Origin: a virus
Taxonomy: Duplodnaviria > Caudoviricetes
Strand: one strand, 5' to 3'
IMG/VR virus record: IMGVR_UViG_3300037424_000117
Coordinates: 2,529-66,528 of that record
Length of the DNA stretch: 64,000 nt
Shown here: positions 45,699 to 51,927 of the stretch, piece after piece
Numbering within the stretch: position 1 is the stretch's first letter
Layout: each line of letters starts with the position of its first letter
The notes under the pieces: generated by a model
The model's input: only the letters and a program-made list of their open reading frames with translations
Databases searched by the model: none
What the model was told of the DNA's origin: nothing
Program-made: the position numbers and the translations under genes

Positions 45699-48566
45699 TT
45701 GGAAACAATCGAATTCCTGCGGCTCGTCACGCCATCGCACGGGCATTACTTTGCCGCCGTGCCGGCTGACTCGGGTAAGGGCTTTCGCCATCACCTGTGC
45801 GACAGCCACGCCGAACTGACAGCCAAGTGCCTTGCGCTCGACGAGCAGGGTGCCACCACATACTTCGCACTCGGATCATTCCGTGAGCCTCGCATCCAGC
45901 GCAAGAAGGGTGACGATACCTACTGGGTTGAACGCGTTCAGGAGAACGTGCAATCGCTGCGCGCCTTCTGGCTCGACCTTGACGTGGGCAAGAGCGAAGA
46001 GGGACGCCCGCCTAAGTATGACTCGCAGTCTGCTGCGGTCACGGCGCTCGGCGAGTTCCTCCACGAGTGCGGACTGCCGAAGCCGCTGCTCGTGTCATCT
46101 GGCTACGGCATCCACGTCTACTGGCCGCTGACTGCCGACATCATGGCGCCGCAGTGGAAGCAGACTGCGACGGACTTGAAGACACTGTGCGCCGGCATGA
46201 AGCTCTTGACCGATCCGATGCGCACCGCAGACAGCGCGTCCGTCCTGCGCCCGATCGGCACGCACAACCGCAAGGTGAAGGACGGCGTCGCCAGCGCGTT
46301 GCTGGTCGAAGCCGTGAACGAGATCGAGCCGATCGACTATCTCGATTTCCACAAGCGCATCTCCGCAGCACTGAAGGCGCACAGCATCGCGCCGAAGGCC
46401 ATGACGGCTGCGAAGGTGAACGCGAAGATCAACGAGGGGCTGAGCACCACAACGACCTACGCGCCCGCGAGCGCGTACCTGATTGCGAACAAGTGCAATC
46501 AGATTCGCGAGATGAAGGAGAAGGGCGGCGACATCGCTGAGCCTGTGTGGTACGCCGCGATCCAGTTGCTGAACAAGACCATCGAGGGCGAGACTGTCAT
46601 TCACGCGTGGAGTAGCGGATACAAGGGGTACAACCGTGCAGAGACTGATGCAAAGATTGCGCAAGTCAAGGGAATGGGTCCGTCGCTATGCAGCACGTTC
46701 GAGTCTCGCAATCCTGCTGGGTGTGCGAACTGCCCTTTCGCTGGAAACATCGTTACTCCACTTCAACTCGGCATTCAATTTATTGAAGCCGCAGCGCCAA
46801 AAGTTGTCATCGCAACAGATGAGGGCGATAAGGAGGTGGAACTACCGCCTCCACCGGACCCGTTTAAACGCGGGGCGGAAGGCCAGCCGGGGCTCTATGT
46901 AGACCTTGAGGGCGTGCCGATCCAGTTCTATCCGTACGATCTCTATCCGGTCGGGCTGGAGTTCGACGAGTCCGACCAGTACGAGACGACGCGCATTCGC
47001 CACCACCTTCCGATGGAGGGGTGGAAGGAGTTCACGATCCAGTCGTCGCTGATCCACTCGCCGAGGGAGTTCAACACGGCGCTCGCGGACCAGTCGGTGA
47101 AGTATTCGCCCGAGGGCAAGTTCAAAGACACGATGAGGATGTACATGAGCAGCTACCTGCAACGGCTACAGAAGGACCAGCGCATCAAAGTGCAGCACAT
47201 GAAGATGGGCTGGAAGGAAGACAACACCCAGTTCCTCATGGGCGACAAGATGTTCATGAGCGACGGCACCGTGCGCAAGGCCGGCGTGTCCAAGAAGACG
47301 CTGTCACACATCCCGAACTACGGGCCGCACGGCGACTTCGACAAGTGGAAGGCCATCACGCGCAAGCTCAATGAACCGGGCTACGAGGCGCACGCGTTCG
47401 CGATGATGATCGGGTTCGCCGCGCCGATGATCCAGTTGCTGAAGACGGACGGCGTGCTCGTGAACATGACTGGCTCGTCCGGCAAGGGCAAGTCGTCCAT
47501 CGGTCGGCTGATGATGTCGATCTATGGCGAGACCACGAAAACGGCGAACAAGTCCACGAGCAACGCGCGGATGGAGAAGCTGGGCGCCTACGGCAACATG
47601 CCGATGTACATCGACGAGTTGTCGAACATCGAGCCGAAGGAACTGTCCGACTTGGCGTACTGCATCGCGAACGGCATCGGCAAGGACCGCCTGCGCTCCG
47701 ACTCGTCGATGGCGCCGACTGCGGTGTGGAGAACGATCGTGCTGGGTTCATCGAACCACAGCCTGCACGAGAAGCTGCAACTGGCGAAGGGAGACCCCGA
47801 GGCTGAGCGCCTGCGCATATTCGAGTTCGACTTCCCCGAGGCTGAGGGCTGGTACAAGTACGCCGACAAGATTCTGCACCCGGTGCTCAACGAGAACTAC
47901 GGGCACGCGGGCGAGGCGTACATCCAGTGGCTCGTGCAGCAGGACAAGGCTTCGATCGTGAAGTCGATCATGGACCTGAAGGACTCGATCTCCGAGAACT
48001 GCGACAGCACCGGCAACGAGCGCTTCTGGATGATCGGCGCGGCCTGCGCCGTGTTCGGCGGATGCGTCGCGAAGTCGCTCGGCCTGATCGAGTTCGATCC
48101 GCTGCGCGTGCTTCCGTGGATTTACGCGAAGGTGGCGCAGATGCGCGGCAGCATCGCGGAAGCGAAGAGCGATGAGGTCTCCATGCTCGCGAACTTCTTC
48201 GACCAGAACCAGCGCGACCGCATCATCGTGCACAAGGGCCGACTCGCCGACATGTCAGAGATGTCGCGCACTCCGGCAGCGAACGGACAGTTGAGTCAGC
48301 GCATGGAGACCGACACCGGCAGGCTCTACATCAACCGCAGCGTGATCTCGGCGTGGTGCGGCGAGAAGGGATTCGACTTCCGCATGCTGCGCGACAAGCT
48401 GCGCGAGCGCAAGATTCTGCTCCCGGACGATGAGCGGATCACGCTGGGCAAGGGCACGCCATTCGCCGGCTTCCAAGTGTGGGCGTGGGTGATCGACCTG
48501 AAGCACCCGGAGTCGGAGGCACTGCTGCGCAAGAGCGGGGTTGACACGAACGAAAAGCTCAAGTAA
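45699..48566 (+). CDS. primase-helicase (AEP primase + PriCT-2 + DUF927/SF3 helicase), 955 aa
   Basis: DLD, SG.GIHVYW, R..GT.N.K primase motifs; EP.W, C..F...NP..C..C; Walker A GSSGKGKS, IDE. Confidence 0.88.
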   Translation: METIEFLRLVTPSHGHYFAAVPADSGKGFRHHLCDSHAELTAKCLALDEQGATTYFALGSFREPRIQRKKGDDTYWVERVQENVQSLRAFWLDLDVGKSEEGRPPKYDSQSAAVTALGEFLHECGLPKPLLVSSGYGIHVYWPLTADIMAPQWKQTATDLKTLCAGMKLLTDPMRTADSASVLRPIGTHNRKVKDGVASALLVEAVNEIEPIDYLDFHKRISAALKAHSIAPKAMTAAKVNAKINEGLSTTTTYAPASAYLIANKCNQIREMKEKGGDIAEPVWYAAIQLLNKTIEGETVIHAWSSGYKGYNRAETDAKIAQVKGMGPSLCSTFESRNPAGCANCPFAGNIVTPLQLGIQFIEAAAPKVVIATDEGDKEVELPPPPDPFKRGAEGQPGLYVDLEGVPIQFYPYDLYPVGLEFDESDQYETTRIRHHLPMEGWKEFTIQSSLIHSPREFNTALADQSVKYSPEGKFKDTMRMYMSSYLQRLQKDQRIKVQHMKMGWKEDNTQFLMGDKMFMSDGTVRKAGVSKKTLSHIPNYGPHGDFDKWKAITRKLNEPGYEAHAFAMMIGFAAPMIQLLKTDGVLVNMTGSSGKGKSSIGRLMMSIYGETTKTANKSTSNARMEKLGAYGNMPMYIDELSNIEPKELSDLAYCIANGIGKDRLRSDSSMAPTAVWRTIVLGSSNHSLHEKLQLAKGDPEAERLRIFEFDFPEAEGWYKYADKILHPVLNENYGHAGEAYIQWLVQQDKASIVKSIMDLKDSISENCDSTGNERFWMIGAACAVFGGCVAKSLGLIEFDPLRVLPWIYAKVAQMRGSIAEAKSDEVSMLANFFDQNQRDRIIVHKGRLADMSEMSRTPAANGQLSQRMETDTGRLYINRSVISAWCGEKGFDFRMLRDKLRERKILLPDDERITLGKGTPFAGFQVWAWVIDLKHPESEALLRKSGVDTNEKLK

Positions 48567-48602
48567 GATGTCGGTATCGGTGACGCTACGGCGCTCATCG
48601 GT

Positions 48603-48655
48603 ACCGGTGCCTCTGCCCCCCTCCCCCTGTGTAATTGGAGCCACCGGTTCTTTTT
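48603..48655 (+). terminator. terminator of the replication operon
   Basis: accggtg/caccggt stem followed by tcttttt. Confidence 0.55.
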
Positions 48656-48675
48656 AGGGTGAGCGATTAAAGGAC

Positions 48676-48709
48676 TTGACAGTCCTTTTTCTTATCGGTA
48701 AGATGGGCG
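48676..48709 (+). promoter_or_regulatory. promoter of the tRNA array
   Basis: TTGACA-17-TAAGAT-GGGCG, 8 nt before the first tRNA. Confidence 0.85.
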
Positions 48710-48716
48710 TTACATT

Positions 48717-48793
48717 CAGTCTCTGGTGCCAATTGGAAGGCGACTCCGCTTGGAACGGAGAATATGTGGGTTCGAGACCCACGGGACTGACCA
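48717..48793 (+). tRNA. tRNA-Pro(UGG)
   Basis: Cloverleaf; CTCCG-CTTGGAA-CGGAG; encoded CCA. Confidence 0.9.
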
Positions 48794-48930
48794 TTAGAGT
48801 GGGCTCTACTTTGCCCAATGCTCCAGACCACAACCGCTACGGCCCATAAAGCCCCGGCGCTGGAGTTAAGGTAAAGGTAGGAGTTGTGTCCGGCAATGTC
48901 CTCAGCGACGGCGTCAGAGCACACCCTAAT
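48793..48930 (+). ncRNA. unknown structured RNA (~138 nt)
   Basis: Ends pair 13/15 bp; internal helices; fills the whole Pro-His spacer. Confidence 0.55.
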
Positions 48931-49004
48931 GGTGTCGCTAGTGTAGTGGCAGCACGACAGGCTGTGAACCTGTCAGCGAGGGTTCAATTCCCCGCGTCAC
49001 CCCA
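48931..49004 (+). tRNA. tRNA-His(GUG) with G-1
   Basis: ACAGG-CTGTGAA-CCTGT; G-1:C73; CCA. Confidence 0.9.
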
Positions 49005-49012
49005 AGAACTGT

Positions 49013-49087
49013 GGGCTTCCATGCCAGTGGGGGCGAGATTGCCTTGCAAGCAAACTGTGGCGGGTTCGATCCCCGCGAGGTCCACCA
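49013..49087 (+). tRNA. tRNA-Ala(UGC)
   Basis: G3.U70, A73, loop CTTGCAA. Confidence 0.9.
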
Positions 49088-49093
49088 AAGAAT

Positions 49094-49178
49094 TGCGAGT
49101 TGTCCGAAGCATGGTATCGGGGCGGGCTCATAACCCGCTGCGCAAGCCTCGAAGGTTCAAATCCTTCACTCGCAACCA
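49094..49178 (+). tRNA. initiator-type tRNA-Met(CAU) with extended variable loop
   Basis: GGG/CCC anticodon stem, TTCAAAT T-loop, 12-nt variable region. Confidence 0.8.
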
Positions 49179-49183
49179 CGTTT

Positions 49184-49251
49184 CGGCGCTGGTCGTTGTC
49201 CCCAGAAATGGACGCGATTAACGGATGGGTCGCACCCTTCGGCCAGCGCCG
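49184..49251 (+). ncRNA. unknown three-way-junction RNA (68 nt)
   Basis: 12-bp closing stem cggcgctggtcg/cggccagcgccg with two inner hairpins. Confidence 0.5.
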
Positions 49252-49261
49252 TTCTAAATAT

Positions 49262-49332
49262 GCGGATGTCGCGGTGGCGCGTGACAGCCTTCCAAGCTGG
49301 TAGTGAGGATTCGACTTCCTCCATTCGCTCCA
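49262..49332 (+). tRNA. tRNA-Gly(UCC), short D-arm
   Basis: CAGC-CTTCCAA-GCTG; U73; 71 nt. Confidence 0.8.
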
Positions 49333-49339
49333 GTATTTT

Positions 49340-49414
49340 TGTCGGGTAGCTCAGTGGAAGAGCGCCGGGTCGATAACCCGTGGGTCGAAGGTTCGAGCCC
49401 TTCCCTGACAACCA
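49340..49414 (+). tRNA. tRNA-Ile(GAU), C33 variant
   Basis: Loop TCGATAA; A73. Confidence 0.8.
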
Positions 49415-49415
49415 T

Positions 49416-49491
49416 ACGCTGTAGGCCGACTCGGACGGCACTGGGTTTCTACCCCAGCTACTAGCGGGTTCGAGTCCTGCACAGCGTGCCA
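49416..49491 (+). tRNA. tRNA-Arg(UCU)
   Basis: CTGGG-TTTCTAC-CCCAG; A20 in the D-loop; G73. Confidence 0.85.
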
Positions 49492-49495
49492 GAAT

Positions 49496-49591
49496 TGCAG
49501 CGTAGCTCAACTGGGCAGAGCGCTCAGCTTATACCTGAGATAAGGGCCGGACTGGCTCACGATGGGAGTTCGAATCTCTCCGCTGCGACCA
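49496..49591 (+). tRNA. tRNA with UAU anticodon (Ile AUA reader) and 24-nt variable arm
   Basis: CTCAG-CTTATAC-CTGAG; variable stem GGGCC/GGCTC; A73; 96 nt. Confidence 0.8.
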
Positions 49592-49599
49592 AAGATTTT

Positions 49600-49669
49600 A
49601 GCCTCGCCGATGGACGGTATCATCGCTACGAACGACGAAACGGGAGTTCGATACTCTCCGAGGCTGCCA
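49600..49669 (+). tRNA. tRNA-Arg(ACG), minimal D-arm
   Basis: Loop CTACGAA; 70 nt including CCA. Confidence 0.75.
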
Positions 49670-49677
49670 CAAGATTT

Positions 49678-49762
49678 GCCCTGTTGGATGGAATGGCAGA
49701 CACGATGCGCTTAGAACGCATTGCCGAGAGGCGTGGGGGTTCGAGTCCCTCACAGGGCACCA
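49678..49762 (+). tRNA. tRNA-Leu(UAG)
   Basis: ATGCG-CTTAGAA-CGCAT; long variable arm; A73. Confidence 0.92.
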
Positions 49763-49828
49763 CGGGTGGAGCGGCTTGTAGGTTGCGGCGTCGGCTTTAG
49801 GCAGGAGTGGCGGAACCTTCACGAATTC

Positions 49829-49904
49829 GCGGGTGTAGTTCAATTGGCAGAACGGCGCGTTGCCAACGCGCAGGTTGTGGGATCGTTGCCCATCGCTCGC
49901 TCCA
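49829..49904 (+). tRNA. tRNA-Gly(GCC)
   Basis: GCGCG-TTGCCAA-CGCGC; atypical T-loop ATCGTTG. Confidence 0.88.
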
Positions 49905-49909
49905 GTTAT

Positions 49910-50002
49910 GGTAGGATGCACACACGTGCTACGGCTATGAAACCCGAGAGGGCGTAAGACAACCGAAAAGTGTGTGCAGCGGTTTACCGCCGCAGTCCTG
50001 CC
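49910..50002 (+). ncRNA. unknown multi-helix RNA (~93 nt)
   Basis: P1 ggtaggat/gtcctgcc, P2 gcacacac/gtgtgtgc, GAGA tetraloop hairpin, gcgg-ttta-ccgc hairpin. Confidence 0.55.
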
Positions 50003-50011
50003 GCCTTATAC

Positions 50012-50088
50012 GCCCTTGTAGCTCAGCAGGCAGAGCGCTCGCCTTGTAAGCGAGATGTCGGAGGTTCGAAACCATCCCTCGGGCACCA
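50012..50088 (+). tRNA. tRNA-Thr(UGU)
   Basis: CTCGC-CTTGTAA-GCGAG; two acceptor-stem mismatches. Confidence 0.85.
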
Positions 50089-50096
50089 GTTTAAAC

Positions 50097-50167
50097 GGGT
50101 TGTCGATCATGGGGTCTATGCGCCTCCAAAGCGCACAGGTGCGGTTCGATTCCGTAACATCCCGCCA
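50097..50167 (+). tRNA. tRNA-Trp(CCA), short D-arm
   Basis: TGCGC-CTCCAAA-GCGCA; G73; 71 nt. Confidence 0.82.
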
Positions 50168-50169
50168 AT

Positions 50170-50258
50170 GCGTCTGTAGCCGAGTGGCCGAAGGCATCGG
50201 GCTTTTAACCCGGCGAGCGAAGGCTCCATCACAGGTTCGACTCCTGTCGGGCGCACCA
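50170..50258 (+). tRNA. tRNA-Lys(UUU) on a class II (long-arm) body
   Basis: Loop CTTTTAA; D-arm GCC-GAGTGGCCGAA-GGC; variable stem GAGC-GAAG-GCTC; A73. Confidence 0.82.
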
Positions 50259-50263
50259 GTTTT

Positions 50264-50338
50264 GCACGAGTAGCTGAGACGGATTAGCGTCGGTCTGAAA
50301 AGCCGAACAGGGTGGCTCGATACCATCCTCGTGCACCA
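50264..50338 (+). tRNA. tRNA-Phe(GAA)
   Basis: TCGGT-CTGAAAA-GCCGA; T-loop CTCGATA. Confidence 0.88.
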
Positions 50339-50343
50339 GTTTC

Positions 50344-50407
50344 GGGGAAGTGTCCGTGTAGGTAACCCGCCATTTGGGCGGAATCTCCTGCGTCCCGCCA
50401 CGGCCCC
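50344..50407 (+). ncRNA. unknown GC-rich structured RNA (64 nt)
   Basis: gggg/cccc, ccgtg/cacgg, gtagg/cctgc and ccgcc/ggcgg helices. Confidence 0.45.
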
Positions 50408-50416
50408 AACAGTTAT

Positions 50417-50502
50417 GTATTGGACACCTGAGCGGAAGGGTACCGGGCTGTAACCCCGAGGTCGGCTAGTCCGTGTAGGTTCGAACCCTACCCAGTACAC
50501 CA
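50417..50502 (+). tRNA. tRNA-Tyr(GUA)
   Basis: Loop CTGTAAC; long variable arm; G1-C72, A73. Confidence 0.88.
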
Positions 50503-50540
50503 GTCACAAGAGTTTGCTGTTTGTAGTTGCAAGAGTCTAT

Positions 50541-50617
50541 TGCGCGGAGATGCAACAGGAAGCATGCCAGCCTTTGAAGCTGGATTCTAGTGAGTTCGAA
50601 TCTCACACGCGCTGCCA
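50541..50617 (+). tRNA. tRNA-Gln(UUG)
   Basis: CCAGC-CTTTGAA-GCTGG; unpaired 1:72; G73. Confidence 0.85.
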
Positions 50618-50619
50618 CA

Positions 50620-50663
50620 AGGCTCAGCTTGTTTTCACATCAAAAGAAAACAGGTTGCGGCCT
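50620..50663 (+). other. spacer hairpin
   Basis: 12-bp stem cagcttgttttc/gaaaacaggttg plus outer aggc/gcct. Confidence 0.5.
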
Positions 50664-50667
50664 GTAC

Positions 50668-50742
50668 GGCGAAGTGGCCGAGAGGTGAGGCGCGGGATTG
50701 TCTATCCTGCCGATGCAGGTTCGAGTCCTGTCTTCGTCGCCA
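50668..50742 (+). tRNA. tRNA-Asp(GUC)
   Basis: Loop TTGTCTA; G73. Confidence 0.9.
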
Positions 50743-50749
50743 AAGATTT

Positions 50750-50826
50750 GCCCGGTTAGCTCAGTTGCGTAGAGCGTCTGCCTTACAAGCAGAGGGTCGG
50801 CGGTTCGAGTCCGTCACTGGGTACCA
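50750..50826 (+). tRNA. tRNA-Val(UAC)
   Basis: TCTGC-CTTACAA-GCAGA; D-loop lacks GG. Confidence 0.9.
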
Positions 50827-50833
50827 GCATTAC

Positions 50834-50924
50834 GGATGGTTGGCAGAGAGGCCGATCGCGGCGCATTGCTAATGCGTAGTCCCCCAAGCGGGGACCGCAG
50901 GTTCGAATCCTGCACTATCCGCCA
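50834..50924 (+). tRNA. tRNA-Ser(GCU)
   Basis: Loop TTGCTAA; long variable arm; G73. Confidence 0.92.
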
Positions 50925-50929
50925 GAATT

Positions 50930-51018
50930 GGAAGGGTGGCCGAGCGGTCTAAGGCACCGGTCTTGAAAACCGGCAGGGCGAAAGCCTACGCGAGTTCGAA
51001 TCTACGCTCCTTCCGCCA
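50930..51018 (+). tRNA. tRNA-Ser(UGA)
   Basis: CCGGT-CTTGAAA-ACCGG; long variable arm; G73. Confidence 0.92.
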
Positions 51019-51023
51019 GATAT

Positions 51024-51099
51024 TCCGCGCTAGTATTCATGGTGAGTACCACCGGCTGTTAACCGGATGAGCTTGGTTCGATTCCAAGGCACGGAGCCA
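51024..51099 (+). tRNA. tRNA-Asn(GUU)
   Basis: CCGG-CTGTTAA-CCGG; U1-A72, G73. Confidence 0.88.
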
Positions 51100-51105
51100 G
51101 TTGTT

Positions 51106-51154
51106 CATGTTCTCGGTCTGTACACGATCCGTGAACATGTCGAAAAAGTGTACA
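51106..51154 (+). ncRNA. compact H-type pseudoknot element
   Basis: catgttc/gaacatg stem; loop tgtacac pairs perfectly with downstream gtgtaca. Confidence 0.55.
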
Positions 51155-51158
51155 AAAT

Positions 51159-51233
51159 GCACCGTGAGCATCTGGCGCAGGCTGCTGGCCCTTCAAGCCG
51201 GCAAGCAGGGTTCGAATCCCTGACGGTGTACCA
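51159..51233 (+). tRNA. tRNA-Glu(UUC), C33 variant
   Basis: CTGGC-CCTTCAA-GCCGG; A73. Confidence 0.8.
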
Positions 51234-51301
51234 ACTGACCCACTAGGATCGCTCAGGATCGACGCAGTGAAGCAGGGTGCTACCCTAGTGACCCCCTGAT
51301 T

Positions 51302-51386
51302 GGGCGTGTGGCGGAATAGGCAGACGCGCCGGCCTCAAACCCCGGTGTCACACGACGTAGAGGTTCGACCCCTCTCATGCCCACCA
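51302..51386 (+). tRNA. tRNA-Leu(CAA)
   Basis: Loop CTCAAAC; long variable arm; A73. Confidence 0.88.
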
Positions 51387-51392
51387 ACCTAT

Positions 51393-51469
51393 CACTTCGT
51401 GCCGGAGAGGCCGAACGGGGACGCCTGCAAAGCGTTTAAACGCTGGTTCGAATCCAGCCGAAGTGTCCA
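51393..51469 (+). tRNA. tRNA-Cys(GCA)
   Basis: GACGC-CTGCAAA-GCGTT; U73; unusual C1-G72. Confidence 0.88.
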
Positions 51470-51474
51470 AGCAA

Positions 51475-51514
51475 AATGCCCAGACTGGGTATACTTCTAC
51501 CCAGTCTGGGCATT
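51475..51514. terminator. perfect 17-bp hairpin between convergent tRNA and lysis operons
   Basis: aatgcccagactgggta-tacttc-tacccagtctgggcatt; minus-strand U-tract. Confidence 0.8.
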
Positions 51515-51536
51515 CTCTATTCGCGAATCGAGAAGA

Positions 51537-51926
51537 CTATACGGTTGCTTCCGCGTATGCGCTCACAGTCCCGGCGCCGACCGCGCATGACGCCTCGACC
51601 TTGATCTCATACAGCCCACGACAGTCCATCACGAAGGCGCCGGTTCCGACGCCCTGTGTTGCCAGTGTGCCGGTGGCAAACAGGAACAACCCCGCTGGAG
51701 CCGCTGTGATCGCGCTGGACAGGAGAAAGAACGGAGCATTGGGGTGGGTGCGTGCGGACACTTGGAACTGATCCAGCGCGTTGACAGACACGGCCATCTC
51801 GAAACCGAGGCGCGACATACGTTCGACGCTCATGACCAGCAATGTTGTGAGTCCGCTCAGCGGTACGGAGACCGCAAGGTTCTCAGCTTTGTTGACGCTC
51901 TTTGAACTACTTGAAAATTGTGCCAT
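51537..51926 (-). CDS. small beta-rich protein, possibly virion (129 aa)
   Basis: RBS aaggag; MAQFSSSSKSV... Confidence 0.65.
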   Translation of the reverse strand: MAQFSSSSKSVNKAENLAVSVPLSGLTTLLVMSVERMSRLGFEMAVSVNALDQFQVSARTHPNAPFFLLSSAITAAPAGLFLFATGTLATQGVGTGAFVMDCRGLYEIKVEASCAVGAGTVSAYAEATV

Positions 51927-51927
51927 G

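Noticed and set aside
49184-49251. Y RNA
   Set aside because: No bulged-C Ro-binding helix, no T-loop domain and no Ro60 gene in the window.
49416-49491. Possible amber suppressor (CTA within the loop TTTCTAC)
   Set aside because: The 5-bp stem places UCU at 34-36; A20 and G73 fit Arg. TAG, TGA and TAA all end genes normally, so there is no sign of stop-codon recoding.
48794-51300. Theta/HDV-like, hammerhead or twister ribozymes in the tRNA spacers
   Set aside because: No spacer gave the full consensus (G1.U P1, L3, J4/2 C-A; CUGAUGA/GAAA; twister L1/P2), and the tRNAs already encode CCA. Kept as unknown RNAs.
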